Positions 1 to 12,140 of a stretch of 64,000 nt of DNA are shown here, in pieces. Source of the DNA: Chrysomallon squamiferum (Eukaryota > Animalia > Mollusca); contig CM022665.1 of NCBI GenBank assembly GCA_012295275.1, positions 18,662,001 to 18,726,000 of the forward strand, in the 5' to 3' direction. The notes under the pieces were generated by a model. The model saw only the letters and a program-made list of their open reading frames with translations, had not been told where the DNA came from and ran no database searches. How positions within the stretch are numbered: the stretch's first letter is position 1; every line of letters starts with the position of its first letter. Made by a program: the position numbers and the translations under genes.

Positions 1-505
1 TATATGTAAAGCTTCTTAATTTTGCTGCAGACATAACAAGTATTGAAAATGACTTCTCTTGTTCGTTTTACTTATTTATATAAACATTTTAGTGCAATAA
101 AACTTTAATATTGCATATGTATATGATCTTTACTGAATTTCCTGATGTTTTATACTTACCAACATTATGATTTTTCTTTTGATATAAACCTTTTAAAATT
201 CAGTTGTGATTTGGACCTTGCCATACCTTTTTTTTTTTTTAAATTAAATTATCTTTCTGATTGTATTGTCTCTGTGAGGTCAGAAGAAAAAAGAAAAAAT
301 AAGAAATAAGACCTGTGAAGATTAATAAAAAAAACAAAATTTCCTTTTTAAAAGATAATAGCTGTCTAGGTATTGTTAAAGCAGACATATTAAATGTGAA
401 ATATATAAATTTGAAATAAATACTGAATGTCTATAACAATAAAGAAATATCTGATGGACTGTTTGATGTCAGGATTATTTTTCATTCAGACTTTTACTCA
501 CATTA

Positions 506-510
<5 letters not shown>

Positions 511-552
<42 letters not shown>
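511..552. repeat. (TG)n microsatellite
   Basis: Directly visible. Confidence 0.95.
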
Positions 553-556
<4 letters not shown>

Positions 557-1659
557 GAAGTGTGTGAAATTTCCTTTGCAATATATTATACCAAAGCAGA
601 ACACTGACAGACACTAACACATTTTGACATTAGTAGACATACCTACACACACATACACACCGACAAACACACACAGACATACACACATACATAAATACAC
701 TTTTACATAGATACACATACAGTGCATACCAACACAAAACCTTCACTCACAGAATAACATTTGAATAAAGTTTGATAAGGCTTTCCAATAGATTGGTCTA
801 AATTCTAATCACTTCTCAGCTGTTTTGTTCTAAAACGAAAGTTTTATCTCAAGTCTGATAACAACCACTTGTTAACATTATCACCTTCCTGATTTAAACT
901 GGCATTTAAAAATACAGTTAAAACTCCACAGAGAAAATTCCCTTTGTCCATGGAGATTATCTGTATTTGTTTGACAACAGTGACAGAAAGATTAAATGCC
1001 GTTCAGACTCATATGCTGTTATACATAAACTGTTCTGATCAAAAGATAAGATTTTAAATAACCACAAACTAAAAGTCACTGAGCTGAGAAAACAAAGACT
1101 TGGTTTGACCCTCAGTTTGGTTTTGTTTCTGTGGAGAAAACTGATTACAGGTGTAGTGAGTACTTACCTTTCACCACATAATTACCAAAGAAAGAAGTTA
1201 GGAAGTAAGGTTTTATAGAAGACTGTGTTTAAGATAATGCTTAAAATGACTGTTGATACTTCAAACATAGTTGATCTCTATATCTGTTCTTAAAATAAGA
1301 TCTTATAAAGAATTTCTCTTGTGTCTTGATAAAATTTCAAGTCTGCTAAAAGTATTTCTGTTGTATGCGAAAGATTAAACCATATTTGAGAATTATTGTT
1401 GTGTGATAAAGAATCTTATTTAAATCAGAGTTTAGTTTTGTAAACACCTCAAAACTTTCTGTAGGCCTGCTAATTAATACTGTAGATCATAATAGCATAT
1501 TTTACATGGTTTTAAAATGATTATGGTTGAAGATTAAATTCAAGTTATGAAGGATGTAGCTTAGTGGCCAAATGTTTATCTTACAACACTACAATCACTA
1601 TGTTTTACAAATCATTATCAGTCATAAAAAATAAATAAACATTTCATTTACCTTTTCAG

Positions 1660-2521
1660 GGTAAATACTACACTGCAGTAGATATTGCTAATCTGAAGGG
1701 TCACAGAGAAACAGAACAGTATCTGATATCTAAAGGAGGAAAGACAGGTGATTTTGTCACAAATGATGCAGCTAGTATCATTCAAAGAAACTATAAACTT
1801 AAACGAGAACTGTTAAGACGAAGATCAGCTAAAGGTCGAAGAAGATCACAGAGACTGACATCAGCAAATACAAATGATACTGTTAGTTCAAAAAATGAAG
1901 AAGATGTGAGAAATGAAAAGTCCAGTGACAGAGAAGAAAAAACCGATGAAAATGAAGAGACTGAAATCCCTAAGAATCAGGTTAAAGTGGTGATTAGTTT
2001 AGCTGATCAGAAACAGGAAAGTCCTGATGAGTTAGACAATACCAGCAAAAGTGTGACGATTCAGGAACAGTCAGGTAAAGACAGTGTAAAAGGGTCTCAG
2101 AACATGGGCTTGCATACTTCAAAACAACACAGCAGTGTCACATTTGAAAATTCTAAAAAAGAGCAGACATCATCTCATGGTGCCAGAAATAGCAGCATCA
2201 AAGAAGGTCATCAGCAAATTCATTCCAAATCTGCCACAGTGCAGACTGGCCATGATAAACACAGTGAGACCACTGCAGAGAACAAAAACACCCAACCAGG
2301 TCCTCAGAACAAGAACAAGAGAGTGCTGCACAGATCTAGAAAAGCTAGAAGAGATTTGGCTATGGAGGTTCAAGCCAGTGTGCGAAGGTTTGAGGTAGAA
2401 AGACAGGCTGTGAGAGAGTATCACCAATTGAAGAGAGCTCAGATGTACACCAGACCAATCTATGACTTTGATTTAGTAAACCAGAGTGTGCAGAAAAGTC
2501 ACAATAGTGATCTGCATGCAA
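1660..2521 (+). CDS. Gene 1 internal exon: last ankyrin repeat + IQ motif + disordered region (inversin-like ankyrin/IQ protein; 5' part outside window)
   Basis: Acceptor ccttttcAG|G at 1659/1660 and donor A|GTGAGA at 2521/2522. Open frame reads GKYYTAVDIANLKGHRETEQYLISKGG (ankyrin-like), then DAASIIQRNYKLKRELLRRR (IQ-like). In frame with track ORF 1906-2571. Ends in phase 1. Confidence 0.88.
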
Positions 2522-3027
2522 GTGAGAATTTTATCATTTGTCAGTTCTACTTGTTTTTTGTTTGTCTGTAGTTTCCTATTTTTTATTGTATCTGTTTGAC
2601 AGTGTATTATTTAAAAGTATTTATCTACTCATGATTATTTTCTTTATTTATTTACTTATTTTAATTAATTAATTTATGTATCAAATATTTTAATTATTTA
2701 ACTTGTATTATATTTTTATTCTGTATATTTGTATATTTTGTATTCTTTATTTATATATTTATTTAATTGTGTTATATTTCTATTCTCTATATTTGTATAT
2801 TTTATATTCTTTCTTCCTTTCTTTATTATTGTATGTGTATTGTTTGTTTCAAACACTTTTACCAATTACTTATTAAAGATATAATTACTATTACAAATAA
2901 CTTTAATTTCTGTCTCATTTATTTTAAATCACTTCACTTACATTATGATCCCATCTTTTGTTTTCAATATTTTACATCAACTGGAATAAAAAATTAATTA
3001 AATAACTGAACAATTATTTTTTTATAG

Positions 3028-3083
3028 GTCAGACTCAGAGTTGCACAGACACTGAACATAACACAGTTAGCAATGACACTGAG
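3028..3083 (+). CDS. Gene 1 exon (SQTQSCTDTEHNTVSNDTE)
   Basis: tttttatAG acceptor and GAG|GTAACA donor. Phase 1 in, phase 0 out, matching both neighbours. No stops. Confidence 0.8.
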
Positions 3084-4352
3084 GTAACATTCATAAATTA
3101 TATCTTTCTTAAATGATATCAAAATACAAAACAGTTGACTAAATATCATTTATTGTTTGGAAAAAAGGTCAAAGAAATTAAAACTAATGTTTAAGAGTTG
3201 CATTCAGAATGTTACATTTTTTATTCATTTATTATTATAATTATTTTTGTAATTATTATTTTTGTTGTTGTTGTTTTTGTCCATTTCCAGTGTTTGTTTT
3301 ATTATTATTATTATTATTATTACTAATGTTATTTAAATAAATGCTTAACTAATTTAAAAATTTTAATTTTAAAAATAATATATAAATTTGTTCTGCATTA
3401 TGTTTCTGTTTTTCACAATTATATTAGCATATTTCCATATCTGAAAAAAAATAAAGAAAAAAAAATTAAATTCATATACCCCATAATATTATCATCATCA
3501 TCATTATCATCATAATGAGAATGATATTATAATTATTATGCCTTCTGACCTCACACCTCACCTAAATCACAGCTCTCACATTCGGCAATATATTTTTTTT
3601 AAAAAGGTTTTAAAGATACAAAAAAATTTCCCTGCAGTTCTTAATTCCTCATAGGTAATATAATGGAAAAAATATGGTATACGTTTCTCAATTAATTTTT
3701 CCTACTGATTACATTTTTGTTGGTATATATATGTTTTCTAAAGATCATATTACAACAGACTGGATAACACTGACAAATATTTGTGTGTGAAACTGGGTGA
3801 ATTATCAAACAAGTGATTTGACAAAGAACATGTCAGTTTGGTAATACCTATCAGTTCTGAAATGAGAAGCCACTGGCGTCTATCAGACAAAGGTTTCACA
3901 CAATAGATTACATACTGACAGTTATTGAAAGCCTGTGCTATTGTGTATGCCAGCAAAAGTGTGTCCTATAGTTTGTTTGCAATAATTGTGTTGGATAGTT
4001 GTCAAATTTTATTTTTGTTTGTTTTTCATTTTATTTTTTTTTTCACTTTTATTTTTTTTATTTTTTTTATTTATTTTTTTATTACCATTTTTTTTTTTTT
4101 TTTCACTTTTGCTTAAATGCTAAAAAATTTTTTAAAATTCAGTCCACTAATAAATAACTTTTCTAATCTTATATAACTAGAATACATTTGTCTATAACAA
4201 AGTTGACTGTGTGCAGGTGTTTGGTTACATTTTGAATATATAACAGTTTTTAATGTTGAGTTGACCTATTAATCTTTACTATAGCATTTTATTTTTATTT
4301 TATTTCTTTGTTATTTTTATATACTTATACTATAGTTTATTCTTATATAATT

Positions 4353-4400
<48 letters not shown>

Positions 4401-4471
4401 GTAATAATGCTGATGATAATGATGATGTTGAAAAAGTTGAAAATTCAGTCCACTACATATCAGTACTAATA

Positions 4472-4760
4472 CTGGCTGAACCTCTTAAATCCAGCATTTC
4501 ACAGTCTGTCAGTTCCAATGGTTTAGCATGAATCTGCTGCCATCAGTTTACTGATCAACCAATATGGCAGCACAGTTAGTTTTATGAAACAAAAAACAAC
4601 ATGAAACAACAAAAACCTGCTTTGAAAGCAATCATCGTATTATTTCCTTTTTTAAACTTTGGCAAGACTGTTTTTACACAGGGTCTTCCCTTAAGGGTCA
4701 CTTTCTGTGAGATGGCACTGGGGAGGTCTCAGTGTTGCTGGATTTAAGAGGTTCAGTCTG
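4472..4760. mobile_element. Tc1/mariner-pogo-type MITE (~289 bp)
   Basis: 25-bp terminal inverted repeats CTGGCTGAACCTCTTAAATCCAGCA / TGCTGGATTTAAGAGGTTCAGTCTG (2 mismatches). TA on both flanks (4470-71, 4761-62). Non-coding interior. Confidence 0.8.
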
Positions 4761-4787
4761 TATAATAAAATGATGTTGTTATTACAG

Positions 4788-4853
4788 AATGAAGAGAGTA
4801 CAAACTCAGATGAACACATTGCAGAATTAAACCATTTAGAAAAACAAAAGGAG
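4788..4853 (+). CDS. Gene 1 exon (NEESTNSDEHIAELNHLEKQKE)
   Basis: ttattacAG acceptor and GAG|GTAAAT donor. 66 nt, phase 0-0. Confidence 0.78.
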
Positions 4854-5364
4854 GTAAATTAAAAGTTTAATTTCTTATAAAATAACAACAAAACAAATTT
4901 AAATTAAATTAATGTCATAGTTGTTATTTTTTAAGGCATTCACCAGCATATTGCTGAGTTAAAGTATCTTCTGTATCTTCTTGAGATATTTAGGTTGGAT
5001 TGGGTAATTAGAACAGAGAATTTCTCATTTTTTTAAGTTTAAGTGTATGTAAGAGAAAATATTTTAGTACCTGCTTAGCAAATTAATTAAAATTTAATAA
5101 TACTAAATAGCGTTGTCTAATAATTTAAAATATGATAACGCTGAAAATGTTTAATTTTGTAAATTTGTAAATAAATCGAGAATTACTTTTTCTCATATTT
5201 TAATATATTAAATTTTAAATACAAAAATTTTGAAATTAAAATTTTGATACTAAATGCACAACAATTTTATAAATTTTTCTTTGTCTCCTGCTTCTTCTTA
5301 GTATTATTGTTATCATTATCATCATCATTATTATTGTTATTATTATTAAACTTTTGTTTGCTAG

Positions 5365-5564
5365 TCAAAAAAACATTCACAAATGAGTAAAAAAGACAAA
5401 CAGATGGAGAGAACTGTTGCTCAAAATGAGGACTTGGTTAACAACCTCAACAAGCGAACGTCCTCAACATTAGACAGGGCAAAGACGAACAACAACAAAC
5501 TGCAGGAATCAATAACAAATGAGAAACAAGACAAGAAATACAAGACAACAGCTAAAGAGAAAAG
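5365..5564 (+). CDS. Gene 1 exon (SKKHSQMSKKDKQ...TTAKEK)
   Basis: ttttgtttgctAG acceptor and AAG|GTAAAT donor. Phase 0 in, phase 2 out. In frame with track ORF 5383-5568. Confidence 0.82.
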
Positions 5565-6109
5565 GTAAATGGTTATTTATTTTTGAATGACAGCAAACTG
5601 TAGAAGTATGTTTTTACTGAGATGTTGTTAATCATTAATTCATTTAGCTACATCGCTTCACATTGTGATAGTCATTGTAAACTATGTTCATTTTGTGTTC
5701 ATTTTAATTATTTTTTAGAAAATGTTCTTGCATGCAGTGTGTGTCTGTAGGCACCACTGATGAGTATCATTATTTGATACAATTAATTCAAAATATTGAA
5801 AGTTCTGAAATGGTGTCCCCTTTCATGATTTAAAAAAAAATCAGTTGCATTTATGACAGTTACTGTTAACTCATACACATATACATAAATATATTTTTTC
5901 ATTTTCTTTTCTTTCTTTGTTTTTGTAGAGGGTTTTTTCCATAATCTTTTTTTTTTTTTTTTTTTTTTTTTACTATTATTATTATTATTATATTTTTTTT
6001 TTTTTTTTATTTAGCTAGTAAAATGAATTTCAGAAATTTTTTTAAAATTATTATGTTTTTTTGAGAGATTTAATCATATTTGTTGTTTTTTTGTTTTACA
6101 TATCAACAG

Positions 6110-6225
6110 TCAGAAACAAAGAAACATTAAATATTATGATTGGCGGAAACAGAGAGCTGAAGAATTGGAACAAAGATTGTCAAAAGCTTACAAACAGTGT
6201 TACATAAATCCACCATTATCTAGAG
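6110..6225 (+). CDS. Gene 1 exon (SQKQRNIKYYDWRKQRAEELEQRLSKAYKQCYINPPLSR)
   Basis: caacAG acceptor and GAG|GTAAAT donor. Phase 2 in, phase 1 out, open frame. Confidence 0.82.
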
Positions 6226-6274
6226 GTAAATAGAAATGTTCCAAAATCATATTAATATATATATAAAATATATA

Positions 6275-6916
6275 TATAGACAACTGAAATTCAAAGTTTA
6301 ATAACTAATAAATTTCAATAAATTTGTCATTGTTCTTAAATGAAGAAGGTTTGAATAGATATTCCTACTTTTCTTCATTTAAAAATGACAAAATGTATTT
6401 GTACGTATTGTTTTCTTAAATGATGTTTTACTAAAATTATGATCTTTAAATAAATATATATATATGATTTTCAGAAATACAGTTCAGTAATACAACAATT
6501 AAGAATACTTGGAAATACTGCTACTTGTGTTACCATAATATTTGTTTTCATTGTTTTCAATAAGATTTTTAAATAATCAGTTAAAAGATAATAACTTTAA
6601 AACCAGTTCTCATATATTTTAAAATTGTTATAACTTTTTGTACCTCTTTAAACAAAATCATTAAATAAAATTCCACAAATCACAAATCACAAAGTAATAT
6701 TTGTTATACTATTGTCTTTTTTAACTAAAGATAATTAATTAAAATTGAAATTTTAGAAAAGTATCATTTAAGAAAACAAAAAGTTTCAACAAATTGCGTC
6801 ATTTTTAAATGAAGAAAGTAGCAATAATCTATTCAAACTTTCTTCATTTAAAGAATGTGAAAGAAATTTATTGAAATTTATGAATTATCGAACTTTGAAT
6901 TTCAGTTGTTTCTCTA
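6275..6916. mobile_element. Foldback/MITE-like element with ~170-bp inverted arms in the last intron of gene 1
   Basis: About 6280-6450 (caactgaaattcaaagtt...taaatgaagaaggtttgaatagat...ttcttcatttaaaaatgac...) is the diverged reverse complement of about 6735-6909. Confidence 0.75.
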
Positions 6917-6940
6917 TATTTTTTATTTTATTTTTGCCAG

Positions 6941-7164
6941 GTTCCAGTAGAGGTAAACGTTCTAACTCCCCCAGTAGTTCTCCCTCCAGACCACCAACTA
7001 CTCAGTCTTACCACTCAATGCCTGCCTCCCTGCCTCACTATGCTGAAAGTACACATTCCCATCGGATGAGAGCTGCCAGTGCTAACCCTGCCTCATACAC
7101 CACAATCATGACTCGACATGGGCTGTGCAGAATGCGACTACAACCTGATCCAGTCGGCCAGTGA
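6941..7164 (+). CDS. Gene 1 terminal coding exon (GSSRGKRSNSPSSSPSRPPT...LQPDPVGQ*)
   Basis: Long pyrimidine tract + gccAG acceptor at 6940. Phase 1 entry gives the frame of track ORF 6871-7164. TGA at 7162-7164. Confidence 0.85.
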
Positions 7165-8150
7165 ATCAGACAAACTGTTTGTTATAAATATTATGTAGGA
7201 GATTCATTAAATATCATGCTTCAACATAGACAGTACGGTTGCTAAAATACAGTAGTGAAAGAAACATTTTGTTATACAAAATTACATAGGGAGTTAATTA
7301 AACATGTGAATATATTTCCTACAATACAGTGGTAAAATAGTCTGTTATTAAAAAATTTACTTACCGGATCAATGTCATCCTTTTATGCAGAAAATATAGT
7401 TACTGTAATTATACAGTTATATAATAGAAACTTTATTATAAAAAAATACACATAAGATGTATTAATTACCATAATTTAACATACAAGATGTGAGTGAACA
7501 GTTGATTAAATAAACTGTTACAATAAAAATTACATAGATAAATAACATACTTTTACATAGAAAATGATTTTAAACATGAGAAAAGATCTGTCCGGAATCA
7601 TAATAAAGCTTCACATTTCTTAACAGCCAGCCATGTTAGATAAACATCAACATAGTTATATACATGATTTAAAAATGTTTGTTAAGTTCTGTGTGCTCTT
7701 TTAAATTAGGCACTACACAGCATGCTTGCCATAGTGTTTATTAAATCATTTCTTTTTAAATTAGCATTCTCAGAAAGATGGACGATATTTTTAAAAGTTA
7801 ACGTACAAATAATTCTGTGGTTTTGCTTTTAATTACATAGTCTAATGTGTCTGGAAGTTTAAAATAGAATTTTTGATTAGAAAAAAAGAATAGCTTTTAA
7901 TATATTTCCATTTATTTTCTGGTTTGAAATTAGAATATAACTGAGCAGGAGAGTTATTTCATTCATTTTATGGTCTACTTTTGGACATTACTGTTTAACA
8001 TGATTAACTATTTCTGACTCACTGACAAGAGAGTTCAAATTATTCACTTGAGAAAAAGAGCATGACTGTCAGTCATTTAATATGACCATATAGTTAAATG
8101 AAAATTCAAGATGGCTTATTACAAGACCAATAATGACATAAAGTCATTAT

Positions 8151-8407
8151 CAGAGATAGATCTATTACGAAACTAATGAAGTTAAGCTTCAGGGCTCCTA
8201 ATTCATGAGGAGCCTCACAAGCAACTTTAGTCCACATTGTACAACATTTTAAAACAGATAAAAGATTTTTTTTAAATTATGGTGATCTGTCATGTGGAAC
8301 AAACCACTGAAGAAGACCACAGTGGTTACTCAGACCTTGTTGCTGCTCATGAAGGGCCCCCACAAAAGTTCAAGCTTTAGCACTGTGCAAATGTGTGTCT
8401 GCCAGTG
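8151..8407. mobile_element. Decayed hAT (Tip100-like) non-autonomous element
   Basis: 8-bp target duplication gtcattat (8143-8150) / gtcagtat (8408-8415). Degenerate CAG...CTG-type ends. Subterminal aagcttcagggctcc / gggccccc...caagcttt motifs resemble Tip100-type MITEs. Confidence 0.55.
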
Positions 8408-9333
8408 GTCAGTATACAGTAATAATAATAAAAAAGTATGATTAGAGTGTTTGTACAATAAAAAAAGTTGTGCAAATTTTAATTATGTAAAAATGAGCAA
8501 CAAGGTTGGGAGGGAAAGCAAACAAACAACAACCAACCAACATACAAAAAACTAAAATTTTTAATCTTTTATAAAGATTAAAAACTTAATTTCAGAAGTG
8601 ATTGGGCAATGAAAAAGTGCCAATTATCAGAAGTTAAAAACGTTATCACTTCTGTTAAAAGTCTGTTATCAGTAACAGACTGGATCAGTATCTCATTTAT
8701 AAATTTTTTGTTTGCCTGTGATATTATGTTTATTTATTATGTTAGATAAGTTTTATAATTGTTACTTTTGTTAAATAAACATTCTAATAGATTTATAATC
8801 ACTGACTTTTGTTTTTTTTTTTTACACACACACACACACACACTCACACACACACACACAAACACACTGCTACTAATTTATTTACTTATTTATTATTATT
8901 ATTATTAATGTGTGTGTGTGTCTGCAAGAAAAACGAAAGGTGATAAACTAAAGCTATGCACCAATAACAACAAACAGAAAGAAGGAAAAACAATTTTATG
9001 TATCAGATATTTTCTTGATGATTTGTTTTCATTCATTCTTTCTTTTTTCTTTTTTTTTAAATTAATTATCATTTTATTATTATTTATAATTATTATTTTT
9101 AATTATTATTATTATTATTATTTTAATTGTAAGAAATAATTTACGATTGTCATGATTGTCCAGTGTTTGTTGTGTTAAATATTAACACCTACAAACACTA
9201 ACAACATATCAGAAAATGTATTTACAGTCAGGACACTTTAATATTGCAGTGTTCACATAGGGAATTCACTGCCATATTGAACTAATCATGTAATGAAACA
9301 AATTCACAAATTCGTAGTAATCAACGACTAAAC

Positions 9334-10668
9334 CTAACAAGCTGATTTCAGAGATGGACAGGTATCGCCAATTGTGACATACATAGAGTCAAATTTAGGA
9401 ACAGTCAGGTCTCGAGTTGTCTCAATGAGAAGACCTCTAAAATTTGACTCTAAACCAAATGATGGACTTTTCAAAGATTTCAGTGTTTCCATCCAACACG
9501 TGTTGGTATCGTACGAACAAGATGAGGTTACGACCTTTCCTCTGATTTTCTCCAATGATGTACCTTCCCTGTCCATTGCAGTGGTGACGGGATGCAAATC
9601 TTTCATCGGTGTACGTGAAAGCGGGGCGCTATGTGATGTTGTATGTCGGTGAATATCTCCTTGAGGAATGACCCACTTCAGTCCTATGCCATTGACTTTA
9701 GTTTTCCCAGTATGATATATCGGCTTTTTAAAAGGCATGCACAGAGAATCAGCTTTGTTCTTAAACGACGAAGCAGACGCCGTAGTTCGTTTGCTATTAG
9801 CTGTTTCCGGAGTCTCCGATTTCTTTTGGTTCTGATTATTTACAGATTCTTCTTTTTTTTTCTCATCTGAACTGCTGCCAATATGTTCGGTCTTCTCAGA
9901 CGCGTCTGTTTTCTTTTGATGTACTTTGCTACTCCAAGAAACGCGCATGCCTCGTCTTTGTTTAGAATTTGCTTCATTGCACCAGTTATTAGGTTTTTTA
10001 ATAGGCTTTTCACCGTCAGGAAGCATAATTGTTTGGTATTCATGAATGGATTTTGTTAAGGGCATCTCATTAGAACAATGGTTCTTACGCGGTTTTTCGT
10101 ATTTGTTCACTGGCTGGAATATACCTTTCAGCTTCATCATCTTTACACTACTTGTCGCTATCCACTTGTATCCCTGAGTGTCCAGTTTTGGAAAGCTTTC
10201 TTCCTCTTTTCGTTTTGTAATCTTTTCCACCATCACCACATTCGAGTCCTGTGTTTCTGACTGACCCTCTGACGTCTGGATTTCAGGAAGATACGAATCA
10301 GCATCGGCCGCCCAGCTTATCAGACGTTCTCGAGCATTCGTAGCCAAATCCAAATCAACTGCTGTTTGTCTTCTAGACTGCTGATACTGTTTAGATTCTG
10401 AATCTTCTCCACTGTTAGTTAAATGAAAAATTTCTCTTCTTTCCTTATCCTTGTCATCACTGATGTTTGTGATCTCTTGCATATAAGATTTATTTAACTT
10501 GACACAAAGATTATTTTCGAGAAGATTCCTCTGCCAGTAATCACGAGGGTCGTGTCTCCTTTCTCTTCTCTTTTTACCACTTTTAGGAGCACCGTTTTCT
10601 CTTCCACAGAGCATTGTCCGCCGACGTCGATGTATCAGTTCTGGAATGGTTGTTTCCTTGAGTGACAT
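9334..10668 (-). CDS. Gene 2: uncharacterised 444-aa Lys/Ser/Glu-rich protein in a single coding exon
   Basis: A 1335-nt uninterrupted ORF is far longer than chance in AT-rich DNA. ATG in aaggATG context, just downstream of a splice acceptor. Basic NLS-like clusters (HRRRRT, KKRRERR). No recognisable domain or transposon motif. Confidence 0.82.
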   Translation of the reverse strand: MSLKETTIPELIHRRRRTMLCGRENGAPKSGKKRRERRHDPRDYWQRNLLENNLCVKLNKSYMQEITNISDDKDKERREIFHLTNSGEDSESKQYQQSRRQTAVDLDLATNARERLISWAADADSYLPEIQTSEGQSETQDSNVVMVEKITKRKEEESFPKLDTQGYKWIATSSVKMMKLKGIFQPVNKYEKPRKNHCSNEMPLTKSIHEYQTIMLPDGEKPIKKPNNWCNEANSKQRRGMRVSWSSKVHQKKTDASEKTEHIGSSSDEKKKEESVNNQNQKKSETPETANSKRTTASASSFKNKADSLCMPFKKPIYHTGKTKVNGIGLKWVIPQGDIHRHTTSHSAPLSRTPMKDLHPVTTAMDREGTSLEKIRGKVVTSSCSYDTNTCWMETLKSLKSPSFGLESNFRGLLIETTRDLTVPKFDSMYVTIGDTCPSLKSAC

Positions 10669-10700
10669 CCTTATTAAATTTTCAAATTACTTCATGCAGT

Positions 10701-11371
10701 CTAAAATTCATAAAAAGTAAAATATAAAAAAACACATCCGCCTTTTGTGGTTGTAACAGTAAAGACGATAAAGGTGAAGGAAGACTAGTAACTAAAAATA
10801 TTATGTTTATACTCTTTTCCTATCTTTTCTCTCTGTATATATACACATATATATGAAAAATGTTACAAAATTCATAACAAAGCCGAGTTTCCACCTAATT
10901 ACTTTTGCCAATAATTTAAAACCACTTATCTTTTTCAATATGTTTAATATCTTCTTCTTAAACTCACGTGCATTTTGTTTTCTTTTTAAAACGGTTAAAT
11001 GTTGAAGCTACGTATAACCAAGCAGCTAATGCTAATGATATTTGAAATAATATACTACAAAGGTAAGGTGTGTATATGTATGTGTGTTTATCTGTGCCTA
11101 AAAATATGTGTATTTGCGTATCTGTGTATGAAAGGAGAAAAACTACTCTAACATACGTTTATATATATACTAAATATTCATCACAATACTTCCCTACATA
11201 TTTTTGTAAAATCAATACTTGACATAAATGAAATGATCTTGTGACGAAAAAAGCGTTGCACAACTGAATGTTTATATAAACTTTTATCTAGAACACTACC
11301 TTGACAACAATCAAAAACAATACATATAAATAATCTCTGTTTGGCTCTTTGGTATAGTCTGTTAAACTTAC
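10701..11371 (-). other. Probable 5'UTR intron of gene 2
   Basis: Minus-strand consensus donor CAG|GTAAGT at 11372/11371. T-rich acceptor ...atgaattttAG| at 10701, 32 nt before the ATG. Confidence 0.6.
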
Positions 11372-11486
11372 CTGAGAATTCGAATACAAATCTATCTCAC
11401 ATAATTAAGAGACAAGTATATGTCTCGAATGTAGATGTGCATGTTACGGATTATGCAGAAAAATTCGCCATTTTAACCACATGAAC

Positions 11487-11541
11487 TTTGCTAAGCAACG
11501 AGTCATGCATGCTAAGTACTTCAAGTACGGCTCGTTGCTTA
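11487..11541. promoter_or_regulatory. X-box (RFX)-like site overlapping an 11-bp-arm inverted repeat in the putative gene 2 promoter/first exon
   Basis: TTTGCTAAGCAAC at 11487-11499 is one mismatch from GTTGCTAAGCAAC. Arms are TAAGCAACGAG (11492-11502) and CTCGTTGCTTA (11531-11541). Confidence 0.4.
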
Positions 11542-11784
11542 CTGGTTATGATCACCTTTGTGTTGGAGAAATACAATACCATTCATAGATCTGACTAATT
11601 GTGTCAGTGCTAAACTATATAGATCCCAGTTGTACGTGGCGATTTAAGCGTTTATTAAGTCCGTTTGCCTTTTATTCAACGTGCAAGACGACGTGATTTA
11701 TGGTTAATGGGTGTTGTTGTAAATGTCGTTAAGTTGTCGCTTTCAGTGTTAAGACTTTTCCCATACGTTACATTCAGTGGAGAG

Positions 11785-11819
<35 letters not shown>

Positions 11820-12031
11820 GATTGAAAGGCTGTGAACGGAAATAAAATGTTTTCAGTTTGTAATGCTTTTGTATAATTTAAGTTATTCAACAGATACGAA
11901 ATTTTAACCATGGTACAAAGGGAATGCATTTTTTTTTTATCATTTGAATATTAAAAATATGACATGTACTACCTAGAAATGTACTTTGAAAAGGAGCTAT
12001 TTGTTTAATTAAAATTAAATCATTATATATG

Positions 12032-12034
<3 letters not shown>

Positions 12035-12091
<57 letters not shown>

Positions 12092-12140
12092 TGTACACAC
12101 ACACACACACACACATGTATATACATACACACATACATAT
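12035..12140. repeat. Compound (TA)n(CA)n microsatellite
   Basis: Directly visible. Confidence 0.9.

Noticed and set aside
4134-4455. 16-bp direct repeat AAAATTCAGTCCACTA (4134-4149, 4440-4455) as a possible target-site duplication
   Set aside because: The enclosed 290 bp is AT-rich and (AAT)n sequence with no retroelement hallmark. The repeat is real but cannot be interpreted.
9374-10260. Short ORFs overlapping gene 2
   Set aside because: Antisense or alternative-frame shadows of the 444-aa ORF.
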